Shown here one piece after another: positions 12,071 to 25,600 of a stretch of 64,000 bases of DNA (within the stretch, counting starts at the first letter, position 1; every line of letters starts with the position of its first letter). Below the pieces are notes generated by a model, which saw only the letters and a list, made by a program, of their open reading frames with translations, did not search any database and was not told where the DNA came from. The position numbers and the translations under genes are program-made. This DNA comes from Dipteris shenzhenensis (lineage: Eukaryota), in assembly GCA_047967505.1 (NCBI GenBank), contig CM106538.1; one strand, written 5' to 3'.

Positions 12071-13901
12071 GGACCTGATCCAACCAAAAAGACTGTCAAT
12101 ATAGTGAAATCTTGTAGTTTTGAAATAATGGAGATCAACATGCTTGAAGTATATCACCATCCTAGAATGGAGCTCACCTTACAGAAGTTCAATGGAGCAG
12201 TCCCCGACTAGCTCACACGATCAACGGACCCACCCGAGTAGGTTCCTCATGAAAACATAAGCGACAATGCCCGATTTATCTCGACAACGACATGGCCTAC
12301 AATACAAGTCATTGTTCATCTGACCACAACATTGGGACCTCTTTTGATTGCACCTTTTAACAGTTCGACCAGCTGATGAACGAGTTGATGGATCAACTCA
12401 GACCATAGACGAGGTATCAAAATTTTTACTTACCTAATTCTATAGTCAATACAAATGTACTGTTTCAGCACCAATAGCACCGAGATCAATAAGACAAGAC
12501 ACAAATAATCCTAAAATAAATGAAATTAAAGATTCAACATAGTCCCGATCGTAGAGCTGTTGTCTGACGTGGTTTTTGTAGAAAGACAAATGTCCGCGAT
12601 ATGGCCCCAACTATGCAATACGGCGAGCTCCATAACAACCATCATTAATTTGACCATCATCGCCATCATCGCCCACCCAAATTCCAATTCGACCAGCTCC
12701 TTGACACCAACACGTGGTCTAACTACCTTTCAACCAACTATTTACCCAACCTCATCGTTCGACTTTCTCCTTTTTGAAATTATAGTCCAACTACCTTGTA
12801 CCACCTTAACGCTCATAATTACAATAACAAGCTCTCTAACCAACTGTACTCCACAGCTCGCCAAATCGCATCAACATCAACATATCTCGAGTCACCCTAC
12901 CGTCATTCTACTACACATGCAATGCTCCCTATTGGCCAACGAAGGCATCTCCAACGTTATACCATCCACACCACCAGAGATCAACCCGTTCACTCATGTT
13001 AATATCCTCATCACACCGTCGAACCGAGTCATAATAGGGAGGAATTGCATCCTTTAATGCATGGATAGTGCCTCCTTCCATAGTCCAAGCTTCCACAAGC
13101 CTACTCCCACACTCACCCTCCCCACTGATAGAAATGCAGACAGCACCATGGGACGCAAACACACGGCAAAGAGAAGCTCAAAAACCATCCCACCAACCCG
13201 AGCTATCCAAGAAAGAAGGTGGAGATAGCAATGACTCCAATGGTTGATGACTTGAAACACTTATTTCATTAATTTAGGACTCATATGTCTACTCTTGGAC
13301 TAATCCCAAAAATCCTTTCCAATTGAAAAGTTTACTTTATGAAAATATCATTCAAGAATCAAAAGTTCACTTTTTGGCACTATCATTTCCACATAATAAA
13401 TTTCGCAATCTATCTCTATAATGGTGCACTACTTTAAATGCAAAAACTTTGATTAAATCTAACTTTTGTACTTCTTCTTTTTAACAATCCTATTTATGTT
13501 TAAAAAAAATCATAAGTTATTAATTTAAATCCATGAAAAATCACTTTAAAAATAAAGACTTATTAATATGATTTAATCCAAAAGAATGCACTTAAAATTT
13601 GATGTAGAAAACTATAACACTCTTGAAGGCCCAAAAAATTTAAAGGTTAAAATAGATAAGAGGCATAGAAGACTCTTTAAATGTGCTCCAAAAATAGTAA
13701 TAGCTATGCTTGCAATTTTACAATGTCATATGTTTACAAGAAATATTGCTCTCCATGAGTCTTTGTACAAAGGAGTTTGACACGTAGCCTTTTCAATAAC
13801 TCAATTCTGCCTTTACAAATGTATTAAGTACAAATAGGTAACTAGTTTGTTTGAATGTCCAATTCATCATCACCTGTTGCTTGGATGCTTGAATGGTATT
13901 G

Positions 13902-15880
13902 TCATGGGCATTCTTCATTTGCGCTATCTCCTTCTACTTCCTCCTTAGCAAGCATCTTCAAAAGCTCCATAATATGTGAATTAATGGGTAGTAATATTCT
14001 TATTTTTCCTTCTACATCATATCCCATGTGCTTCCTTGTTTTCTTTGTCCTTGATTTCCAAGATACTATGACTATCTTTGTGGAAAGCTTTGAAACTTCT
14101 TCATGGTTTGGAACCCATTGCTTCTTTAAACAACCAATATATAGTGTATTATTATCGTGGTTCTCCTTCCTACCCCTTGGCTCATACCAAAGTGCAGTAA
14201 ATGTTGCAACTTTTCCCTTGTCATCCATGCTCACGTCCACCAATTTTGTAGCCCAGAACTTAACATTTTCATGCTCATCGTCCAATGGTCGAACTGCAAC
14301 AAAGAAGTGGATGTCTATGTCTACTTTTGGCATAAAAGCTCTCTTCCTCGGACCACAATATGGACATGGGAGTAGCGAATCAAACTCATTATCAAAGACA
14401 TCAAATATTGGACGCAAGTCGTTACCAACATTTGGCCAAAATAAAGGCCGTTTTGCCTTGGCATCATCTACTCGCATTTTCTCAAGTCCTTTATCAATTG
14501 ATAGGTCTTATTAATTACAACAGCAGGGCTTCCAATCAGGAAATCTACGAAGCATTTCCTCTTTGTATGCAATAAAAGATTTTAAGCCTTCTATTTCACC
14601 TTTAGATTTCTTGCTGAATTATTTTATAAGAGCCCATATTGGATGTATTTCTTTGCTCGGGATTGAAGTTAAGAGACAGTAAGGTTCTTCAGGTTTCTAT
14701 ATTGTATCATGAGAATAGTGTTGACATTGCATCACTGGTTTTTATCCTTTAAGAAAAAGCAAAAATAGTGTGGAGCGCTATGACCAATCAGGGCATCACC
14801 ACCTTTTTGTATGAAAGGTAGAATAACGCTCTTCCAATCATACATCCTTTCAACCATCGAGCAAACTGTACCTTCCTTGCGGCCACCAACTTGCCTCCCA
14901 CATTTTCTTATCAAGTCATCCATTGTCTCCATGTCCTTGTGTTTTAGCTCTCTTGATACTGTGCTAAAAACCTGATCGATATCCTCATGTGTGTCCAACC
15001 AACAAAAACCTAACTTCAATCTCATTGAAGATTCAATAAGCAATTAGCATTGAGCAAAATGCAAAAAAGAGTACATTCTTAATCTCTCGTTCGCAATTGT
15101 CTGCCTGTATTCTCAAAGTTGCTAGTAGGTGAACTTTTTCTGCATGTACACTATGAATTTTCTTCATAACGAACATTACAACTTGATTGCTATCATGTAG
15201 ATGCAAGGAATCAATCCATATGTCTACAAAAAACTTAAATCCATGCACTAACACTCCACATAGATGCATCTTTAAAAAGTATTTCCCTTGTAGCTTAGGT
15301 GGAGTATTTATGAATCGAGGTAATGTTGTTGTGTTCTGATCCATACCATCTACAATAACGCACATGTACTCATTTGGATGAGAATAGCTTGCTCGTTCCA
15401 AAATACATATTTTAGTCTAGAATGCCGAACCAGTCCATGATGAAATTCTCTTTTTTTTTGGTATGATTCTCTTTGTTCTAGAGACCTTACACTCTTAAGT
15501 GCTTGCTTTATATCATCACAATCACTACACTTTGACATTTTTTTCCTTTTTGGTATTTTAACATGTACAAAGCTCTTCTTCCAAAGAGTATACAAATTGT
15601 GAAAAGATGTCGAAGCATGCCCTATTTGCCTCTATGTTTCTCCAATAGACTTAAACACTTCTTTTTTTGTCAAACCTATCAGAAGATGCATTTCAAATAG
15701 ATGGGGTTGAGGTAAAGCATTTTTATGAATGTAGTCTTTTAAAAATTTTGTTGCCAAGACTGTTGAGGCTCTTGTTTTGGGCCTTCCTGTGTTTCCATGA
15801 ATGTGAAACTTTACTCCATACTTTGCTTTGTTTGCCAAATCCCAGTATGTGCCATTACTTAAGCCAAGTGGAGGTAGATG
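13902..15880 (-). mobile_element. Degenerate DDE-type transposase (DUF7869-type, Sola-related)
   Basis: Colinear frameshifted ORFs: HGNTG; VKIPK..SKCSDC; IVDGMDQ..LPRF..HLCGVLVHG; LRIQADNCEREIKN; FLLVGHT/HEDIDQVFS; plus C-terminal ORF 13902-14477. Confidence 0.75.
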
Positions 15881-16779
15881 ATATTATGGTGAAAGGAATC
15901 CCTTATGATTTGCCAGATGTAGTTTTGTTTGAGATAGAACCAAGTTGTGGTATGTATTGAGTAAGATTGGATGGTCTGTTTCTAACATATGAAGTGTTCA
16001 CAAAAGATATGCCCATGTATCATGGTAGGAATGCTATACCAATATGGTATCAACCAAGTGGTGCGATGGTGTGTATCAGATCATGAGCAAAAAGACGTAT
16101 TAATGGAGGCCCATTAGGGTGCATTCGGTGGTTACTTTTTAGGAGAGATTACAAGAAAGAAAAATTTCTCAAGCCAGATCATGGTGGCTAACAGTGATCA
16201 AGGATGCACATGATTTTGCCAAACATTGTTGGTACTGTTGATGTAGTCTCTGATCAAGGAGGACATTTTCCCAATAAAACTATTAAGAAACTTACGTAGG
16301 TATATATTGTTGGGAACATGTCTTTGGAGGTCGCCAGTTTTAGAGTTGATGGTCAATGATTGGCTCATGGAGATGATGATAAGTGATTGTTCATGGACGT
16401 AGAATGGCTAGCTCATGGAGGAATCATGCATGGTATCTAACTAGATTCTTTGGTTTAGGGAAAGCTCCTATGAATACACAAGGGAGGTATTTATTGATTT
16501 GGTTCAAAAGCATGTCGTGTACCTCAGATACCTTGAACTCTAAAAGTTTTGTGTTATTGCTTTCGTGCTGCAACCTTCTCTTCAATGTTATTTCTAAAGC
16601 TATCTAAACCACATCTTTTATGTGTATAATCATCTACAACTGTGAAGTACATGTAATCTTTTTCCTACACATATGGTAATTCACAAAATGTCTATGCCGT
16701 ATCATCCATAGGCAAATCAGCAACAAGTAGAAAGCAGTAATAAAACATGAAGCGAGTCATGAAGTTGATGATATCAGAG

Positions 16780-17245
16780 AACTGAAAGGACTGCAATAAA
16801 AAGCTGGATTCAGCCTTGTGGGCATACAAAACTACTTTTAAAGTCAACATCAAAATGAACTTGTTCTGACTAGTTTATAGACTAGAAGCCATATTGCTAA
16901 TGGAATTTATCTCTTCAAGTTTATGGATTGTAGTAGAGAAAATGAGTCTGGAGGAGTATGTTTAGTTCCACCAAGAGCAATTGCTTTGTTTGGAGGAAGG
17001 CTAGATTCAGAGCTAGTATATCACGCAAGTGATTCAAGAGTGGAATAGATCATGGGTGACTTAAATTAAAGGCTTTCAAGAAGGTTGATTTGGTTCTGGT
17101 ATATTATTCCAAACTAGGGTGATTTCTAAGAAAACTAAAGCTTAGGTATTAGGGCGATATCACATTATTTAGCATTTGAAGCACGGAACATTCTGGATTG
17201 CAGATCCACATGGTAATGTGATTTCGACACCAGTGAATGGTTTAT
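16780..17245 (+). mobile_element. Second, more decayed Gypsy integrase C-terminal remnant
   Basis: KLDSALWAYKTTFKV...LVYRLEAILLMEF...ISTPVNG, homologous to 11465-12070. Confidence 0.75.
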
Positions 17246-20200
17246 TAGAGCTAGTAAATCAATCGAAAAATACTCAATTGGAAGTCATGGTCAAGGTACT
17301 ATCCAGAATATATATGGAGGTGGCAGTGCCCCGTATTTAGTCGACTGATAGTTAACATGAATAGAAGTGCATATGATAGGATGTTTAAGTTGCATGACCA
17401 TGCATTGTTGATTAATTTCACAAAACTCTTGTTCCTTGATCTTGCCTAGCTTGTGCAAAATTTTGTTGCTATCTCATCTAGGCTCACCATGTGAGGTTCT
17501 CTTTGTGTTTTGAATCCTTTTGGCAACAAGGAGATGGGAAATAGTTTGAGCGCAACCTCTGCAATCTAGACACACTCAAATTCCCACACTTTGTCATATA
17601 CCATGGGAAAATTAAAGGTTTCTTTTGTTTCTACCCACAATTTAGGTTCCAAGGCACAGAGGATTATCAAGGTGGAAGAGGATGTAGTAGAGTCAGCTCT
17701 ACATGAGCTAAATGGGTAAGCGAGTATGTGACTATCAAGTTATCTGCGTTTGTGGACTTCAAGTTTTATTTGAATGGGGGGGACCCTTAGAATTAAGCAT
17801 AGCTCATTAGATCTTAAAGGGTATAATAATCTCAATTGGTGGAAGTGGCAAATTAACTTATAGGCAATTGACTAGTTTCCTTACTTATAGTAGCAGCTAG
17901 GGGGATATTTGGCCCTGAGAGTTTTGTTAACAAAAGATGTAGTTTCCATGGTATTCCAATTACCTTTGATTTATGCTCTGGTTAAGTATGGATTTAAATG
18001 TAATACTCAAATGATGGTGGTATATTTTGGTATGCCACAGATATCCCAACTTTATTACATGCTCAAGAACTATAAAAGTGAGGTGAGATAAAATATATTT
18101 TGTGGTTTATTAGTGGTTTATGGAGAGAATTTTGTTCTTGAAAAAATATGAAAAAAGAAAATTACTTCATGCTATATTCTTCTGAGAGGGGGAAAAAGTA
18201 CAACTTGGCCAAGATTGTGCATGCCAGACTTTTGCGAGAGGTCCTTGGAAAAGAGAAGAGATGCAATGTCATCCAATCTATGCTCAAGAAGATGCTAGCT
18301 ACATTATATGACTATGCAAATGTTGTGACCCAGCCTAAAACTCTAGTGGGTACACTTAAGCAACCCTAGGATGTACTTAGAATACCACTCAACTTTAAGA
18401 GAGGCTCACTTTCATGAAAGTAGGTTATACATAGGAGGAACTAGGAGATGCATCCTACAAGGTTCCTAGAGTGGTTGCTGATATTTTTCTTTCACCCCCA
18501 CGTCCTAGTATCATTAGTCCATGTAGAAAGAAGGCCACGAAGTTGACATTTGAAACCTCTGGCAACATGTAGGAGTAAATTGGTATGACTTGGTTAGATA
18601 TTAATCATCCCCCTCTAGACTTGGAGACCTAGTGTGCCTTTGTTCAACAAAAAATTAAAAGAGAGGAGTTTCTGGTTGATAAATCAATGATGGGGCCTTT
18701 CACTTTAGATGTGTTTCAAAAACCTACAGTGAACCCTGATGAGGTAATCCATATCCCTTGGGATGGATGCTAAAGCACTGGATGATGCAGGAAAGATGCT
18801 AGAGTGCACAACAATAGGTGCAAGTGGCTGCATTGGCCCATCAGGCCGCTATCCTAGAGATCACATTAGTCCATGCTGATGCAACATTGGTGCAACATTG
18901 TTGCATATTAACTATTCATTTTCTATATTGTCATAGTTTCACATGTAGCAAAAGGGAAGATTGCAACATGTGGATAAGTTTGATGGATGAGTTAAGCCAT
19001 TGGAAGAAATATGCATGATACTTTCAGAGCTGGGCATGAGAATTCAAAACTCATATGCACAACAGGGTTACAAGCTTACAGTCAAAAATTCAATCCACAA
19101 TCTTTTGTGGATGCCTTGCAAAAGAAAAAAAAGTGAATTGAAGAAAAAACCTAGCAATTGTAGTTCCTAGGACTTGCTAACTACTAGAAGCACCATGGTA
19201 GAAGATGTACAAAAATGGATTAATGATACCAAGTCTCAGCAATTATTGGATCATATAATAGATTAGAATGTCGAGCTAAGGACTCAAAATGTGTGCTAAA
19301 GGACATAGTAACTACATTGAAAGAAGTAGAGACACAAATAAAGGTCATGGTGAATGATGACACCATAGAAGTGGATGGCAAATTTGTAATTGCTCAAAAA
19401 GTTCAAGATATAAAGCACCGGTTTAATACCTACATGGAAGAGATGTGGAAATCTATTCAGGGGAAATTGTTAGAGACCTTAGTCCCTCATTTTGGAGATT
19501 ACTTGAGAGCTGAAGAATCAGCTAGAGTAACCATTCTACATGAGAAACTTGAGGCTTCACAGAAGGACCTATATGAGCTGAAAATGGGGCAGTCTTTGTT
19601 GTTGTTCTGCTCTTATATCTAAATTGGGTGAGTCTTTATATATTGAGATGAGAAGAAAGCTTCATGGGAATAGGCGGTTCTTAGTGCTCCAAGCCCTTCC
19701 CCACCTCCAATCATTCCAAAAATTGTTTTAATTGATGTTAATGCATAGTCTCTTGTTTATTCCCGTTGACAGGTAACCCATAGTTGAATGCATTGATATA
19801 GTAGTAGGCTACCAGAGAAGTTTTATTGCATGTTTCAAATCAACCACCTTCCCAAGCAGAGGTAGAATAGGGGTGTGCCTTTGTAGAGATTTGCTGAAAC
19901 ACTGTTGAATGGTTCAATTGATAAAGTATGCCAATATATTGAAGTGAAGCACATTGCTTCTATTACACCTACTCCTATAGGTCCTCACACCATTACTGCA
20001 TGTGACACTTATTTTTCAAATCTTGATTTGAAAAATCCTCAAAAGGTCACAGATAACACAATTATTCTTAATACTTTTGGCCCTGTGGACTAGTAAAAGT
20101 TTCATCATGATTCCCACTTACATCTGTGTTTTTAAACACAAACTATTACTCGTTTTTTCGTTAAAATCTATTTTCCTATTTTTTAGCTAGTATAGATAAA

Positions 20201-21699
20201 TAATATTGGATTCAATAATCCCTTTTGGGGAATAGTAAATAGCTATGTATGGAAATACTTTGAATCTTGGTATTGCACCAAGCTCCTCAATATATTAACT
20301 ACATGGTCTTGGATTGAGGAGATGTTGTCTCATGAAAGGGGTTTGCTTGCAATCCATTAGAAGTTAATTGATTACACTCATTGGTGGGTTCAAGTCAATA
20401 ATTTTTTCAAAATTCCTATCCATTGATTATGTTAGTGATGCATAGCTAAAATCCATGCATATATTAAGTAGATAATCTAGATATACTTTAGCAGTATTCA
20501 TAAACAAAGAGACACCGGGTGCATCTCTTCATACCTCATGATCCGTATTTAGTTGGATTATGTTTGGTATTACATTTCAAAGATGGAATTTTTGCATGCA
20601 TCTTGCTCATATTGACAATAGACCTATCTGCTAAAAGATATTTGTATCTAATATCTATTATGAATATAGCTAATATTTTTGCTTCTATGTTTTCTCTATT
20701 CACTTTAATGAATATGTAGGGTGTTCTCTTTCATGTTATGCTTATCTACTATTTTTTGTATTAAGTCTGTAATATTTATGTGGGTGGCTTTTGTCTTTTC
20801 TTATGACATATGTATTAGTTGTTGGGAGTTTGAATGAACTAGTAAATAGTATATTTATTGCAGCACCAAAATAGTGAACCTATGAGTAAGGATCCATTGT
20901 AGGGCTCAATAGCCTAAAGGAATTTGTTGGTTGCACTAGAACTCTACTCCACGGTATTGTAGGAGAGGCATCATAGGTAGAATAGGCAAGGATACAATCA
21001 AAAGAGAGGTTGTTGTGAAGGGTTACTTCTCAATGTAGAAATGAATGGGAAAGGAGATTTATATAGGGCTCTATGCAACTGGTTGACTTGGTAGTCTATG
21101 AAGATGTTAAATGGTTGACACTACCACATTTTGGTACCTTTTGATGTATTCTCAGCATTAGGATTTTGTCAAGGACTTTGCCTTACGCCTGGAATAAGTA
21201 TGCCAATTCCTAGGGAACCACAATGTAGCCTATAAGGCCTAGTCTCAACACCATGGTTCTATTCTAGTGCCTAGTGGGTTGGGTTCTATAAACCCTACTT
21301 TTGTTCAACTGCCAAACTTTTGGAATCCTCCATCAAGACAACCCATGTATGGGACAGGGTCATTTCAACCTATAAATCATCTTATGACATAGACCATACT
21401 TTTGCATGACACTATGAGAATCCTAGTGTAAGCACTAGGAAGGGGGGCCATGCCACCAAATTTTACCAGAAGGGAGACTACTCCATAGAGAAGTAAACCG
21501 GTTAAGATCTCCAAGGTAATCACAATATTCTTAGGTGAAGGAGATCCGGTGTCCCACATACAAAGATTATAACAAATTTGTGAAACTTTTTGGGAAATTA
21601 GAGACCAATAATGCAAGGCCCCCTCTTAAGGAGGTGCCTATGATATAGGAGGAGTTAACGTGTCCATATATCAAGTGGAAGGGATTCTCAAGAAAGACA

Positions 21700-22212
21700 G
21701 ATACCTACTGTAGTCAAGACTCAGTATGGTTCCCCATAATCTGGCCGAACGGATAGGTAAGCGATGAAGACCTAAAAGGAGCACTCAGACTTAATGGGAA
21801 TAAGAATCTAGGGGGATCTATGGAACCAAGAGCAGGGAACCTATATGGAAGATTGAAGCTTGATAGCCAAATATCGACTAAAGAAATTCAACTTGAGATT
21901 AATACATGAGAGACAGTTACTTTGGTTAAGAGAAAGCCCTCCATGGATGGGAGGTTGCCTCAAACCATCTCTAAGGGAATTCAGATGGGTAGGGAAAAAC
22001 CAGATGATGCCTATCCCTTTGTGGGTGGAAGGGCAGGAAGATATAATAAGGACGCTTAACTTGAAATGGCACAAGAGAGACTTGAGTGGAACCTGGAGGA
22101 AGAGATTCGAAAAGGTGTGGTGATAAGAACATCTCTGACAAGCAATCGTGCCTTCTTTGGTTAATCATGCACAAAGGAGTTTGGACAGCCAGTCGAGCAC
22201 AAAGAATTGGTT
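21700..22212 (+). mobile_element. LINE ORF2 C-terminal (zf-RVT-region) fragment
   Basis: LNLKWHKRDLSGTWRKRFEKVW and ISDKQSCLLWLIMHKGVWTASRAQRIG. Truncated at the satellite. Confidence 0.6.
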
Positions 22213-22342
22213 GTTTTTGCATTTGTGGGTTTTTGCATCTCCATTTTTGCATTTTCACATTTCCATGTCCGCATTTCCATTTTCACATTTTTGTTTTTGA
22301 ATTTCCACATTTTTGCATCTCCATTTCTGCATTTTCGCTTAA
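22213..22342 (-). repeat. Inverted copy of the AAATG(C/G) minisatellite
   Basis: Reverse complement reads GCTTAAGCGAAAATGCAGAAATGGAGATGCAAAAATGTGG..., the same family as 8455-8982. Confidence 0.85.
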
Positions 22343-22649
22343 GCTGGAAGTGCGTGCTTAGGCCCAGGGCCGCCGTCCGTTGTTCCGACTTGTCTCATTT
22401 TTGGTAGCCTTAGTTGGTTGGCATTCTTTGTTTGTATTTCTTACAGGCAAAGAATGGTTGTGTCCTAGGGGTTCCACTAGGGTTTATCGTATGGTACCAC
22501 ATGAGTGTAAGGGAGGGGGGTTATATAAGGGAAGGAAGGTACATTTTATAAGGTAAGGTCCCGTAAATAGGGGGTACATAAGGGGAATTTTCATATATTT
22601 ATTGTACGCAGGTGACGTCTCCTTATTACTACTAGTGAATCCCCCGTGG

Positions 22650-25600
22650 GTTGTGTCCAGCATGTTTGTTGAGCTGCTGATGTCTTGCTTTATGAGCCAT
22701 GAACGACCTTGTGTTTAGGCTTTTGGTTATGTTTGCTTGTGCAATTTATCCTAGTTGCTCTTGTTTCTCAAGCATCCACAATGCATTCGCACGGAGCCTT
22801 TCCATCTCAATTGAAATAAACGGGTCAACTTTAATGTTATTTTCCTCTGTGTTGTTAAGCAGGTACAAATTGCTACTGTCCTGCACATGCAAGAGAGCTG
22901 TGTATGCCAGTCCATGTGTTCTTATCCCCAAGGGGTCAAATGCAAGGGAATCCATTGTTAGTCCTTGTGACCTGTGTATTGTTCTTGCAGACACTGGCTG
23001 AATCGGGAACTGTGTTTGTGAAGCACTCTTTAAGTGATTGTTTCCAACTTGGAACTCCCTTGTGATTCATCTAATTGGAGTCCATTGTATGGGTGTTTCA
23101 GTTTCGTAGTAGTTGTCGTGCAAGGCGCGTGTTTTTTTGCCATCTGTCATGTCTACAAATTGCATCCAAATGATGCTTTCCCTGGATTTTTTGTTTGTTG
23201 CTTTGAAGACTCCATCTGCTCTGTTCACAATGCCATCTACTATGTCCAAATTTCCAGAGCATATTTCTATTATCATTCCTTTTTTTAGCCTAAGATCCTT
23301 GTGTAGCCTAGCAGTCTTTCTTAGATCCGTGGGTATGCTTATTTTCTTACTACATGTTTTGTGCTTGTGGTCTTTTGCTGGCAGAACATGCTCTTCATCT
23401 TGTGTCATGTCAAACACATATTCGTTGTGCTTATTCTTTGCTACATTGGTGTAGAACAAGTGTGGTGTTGCTATTTTGCTTGGCATCTCGCGTACGTGTG
23501 CTAAGTTTAGCATAGAAATGTATGTTGATGTTTGCTTGCCCACACATATTCTGTTCAAAAGTTCAAGAAATGGGCCGTTCGTTTGCCTCATGGGCTCCTC
23601 TAGCTCGTAGCAACGTATGTGTGTCTCCTAGCATGAACCCATAGCGTTATTGTCTCTCGTGGGGCTGGAAAAAATCCATGAACCTTTGATGGGGCTTGCT
23701 TAGAACAGGTCCCCTGTCAGAAGTACATCCACCCCACCAAATGGCGACTAATGGTTGTGCTTTATTTCACGCATTCACAAATCCACTGCAACAAAGGTGC
23801 TTGCCCTGACTAGGGAAATCTCATCAATGACGACGAGCTCGACATTTCTGTACATAGCTATATGTTGTTGCAATCTCCCTGCTAAGAGAGCTGTGTATGT
23901 CGATGCTAGCAACGGTGGATGGAGTGTTGCGTGCAAAGTGCTCCCTCTAATCCCCCTGGCTGCCTTTCCTATGTATGCCATCATTAGCACTCACGACAAA
24001 TCTTGTTCTATTGTATCTTTATGGGAGTATAGGCGTTGCAGTGCCTACACAATAACTTTTGCAGTGTATGTCTTTCCTGAGCTTGCATTCCCGGAAATGA
24101 ATAGGTGGAGCCGTGTGTTTGGCCATAGTCTTTTCTTTAACAAGATGTCATCAACTATTGTGTGTTGGCCAGTGTTTTTGTGGCAGTACATTTCATGGAA
24201 TGTTGTATTGGGCAGTACATATTATGGTGTTTAAGTGTCCCAATGGGCAGCCTCTTTCCCTAATCGTGCATTCATTTCCCTCTTGAGATCAAAATGTCCT
24301 TCTGTTGAGCATGTTGCTAGTGATGATGTTGGATTTGAGCCTGTGCAGCTGCTCCGCGCTGTAATTTTGCTTGTGAATGCAGACATCTTGTTAAAGAGTG
24401 CTTCATTCTCATTGATTTTGTCAACGTTGTCGGCCCATAAGTCATGCCATGAGAGATACGCATTGTCAAGTGTGTGCTCCTTCCTTAGAAAAGGTAGGTA
24501 CAACAGGCACTATTCTCTATATTGCTCCTCTGGCTTAGTGTTCTTGTTGTAGTTGTTGAATTGTGTGATATTGAAGCGTCTTCTCATTTGGATGGTCGAG
24601 CCTTTCACCATGAAGCTTCTGGCAAAGGCGGCCAGACATGCATCTTCGAAGGTCTCTTGTTGTTCATGTATTTGGAGAATATGTCATCAAAGAAAATGTT
24701 GGTGCTGTCAGGGTCAAGTCTTTCTAGCTCATGCCTTCTTTTTAGCAGGAGCGTATGCTCTTCGTGTACGTTCGTGTTTATGTAGACAAACTCCCTTGCT
24801 GCACAAGGTGAGTGGTAGTGATAGGCAAAGGTATACTACTTGTTGTGCGCTTATGTGTTGTGTGTTTAAGATGGTGTTTCCTACCTTCTAGATGCGGTCA
24901 TTTGCAGGCACATTATTATCAATGCTATAAGCCATTGTCGCCTTGACGACATTGTTTGTCTCCTTGTTGATTTTTGTTATGTACGATGCGGCCCCATGTG
25001 GGTTCGTGACAAATTGGATGTCCGTGTTTGCCTCCCATAAGCTAGTGATGGACTTGTTAAAATTATTTGTGTAGATGTCCTTTGGTTCTCTTTTTAGGAA
25101 CAAAGTTGGTGACGTTGCTTCAAATTGTGAATACGTAGTCCTCCTCTATTAGACATGCCTTTTTTAAGAATTGCTCATAAGTAAGCGTGGTTGTTTGCTT
25201 GTCAAGTAGGATTTTTGAGACCCGCTTGTAGTTGTTCTTGTGGGTAGACCTATCTTTCAAGTCTTACAGAGGTTGCAATATTTGCATGGCTCTGCGAATG
25301 GGGCATGTGGAAATCTGAAGCAACATTCTTTCTTGTTTTTTTTTGCACGTTTTTTTGTGGCTATGGGTCTGTATGTCCCTCAGATGTGGGAGGATTTCGG
25401 CACTGTTTGTGGTGATATGCAAGTCAGTGAAATGCTCCACGGCCCCACCATCTTCATCTTTCTCATCCACAGGCGCATCAGTTACCCATAGGAGCCCATG
25501 GTCATGTTGGCTTCCACAGTTTTGGAACTCTGTGACAAAGAAAAAATCTTCTATGTGCCCTAGAATGGTGTCGTCTTGCCTCAGTAAAGTTTTCATGGCT

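Noticed and set aside
12560-13260. 165-aa and neighbouring ORFs after the integrase
   Set aside because: No recognisable motifs; probably decayed retroelement interior.
13855-14514. 219-aa plus-strand ORF
   Set aside because: Antisense shadow of the transposase C-terminal ORF.
17600-19700. Coiled-coil-like fragments (e.g. 19293-19622)
   Set aside because: Too decayed to assign; probably a retroelement accessory ORF.
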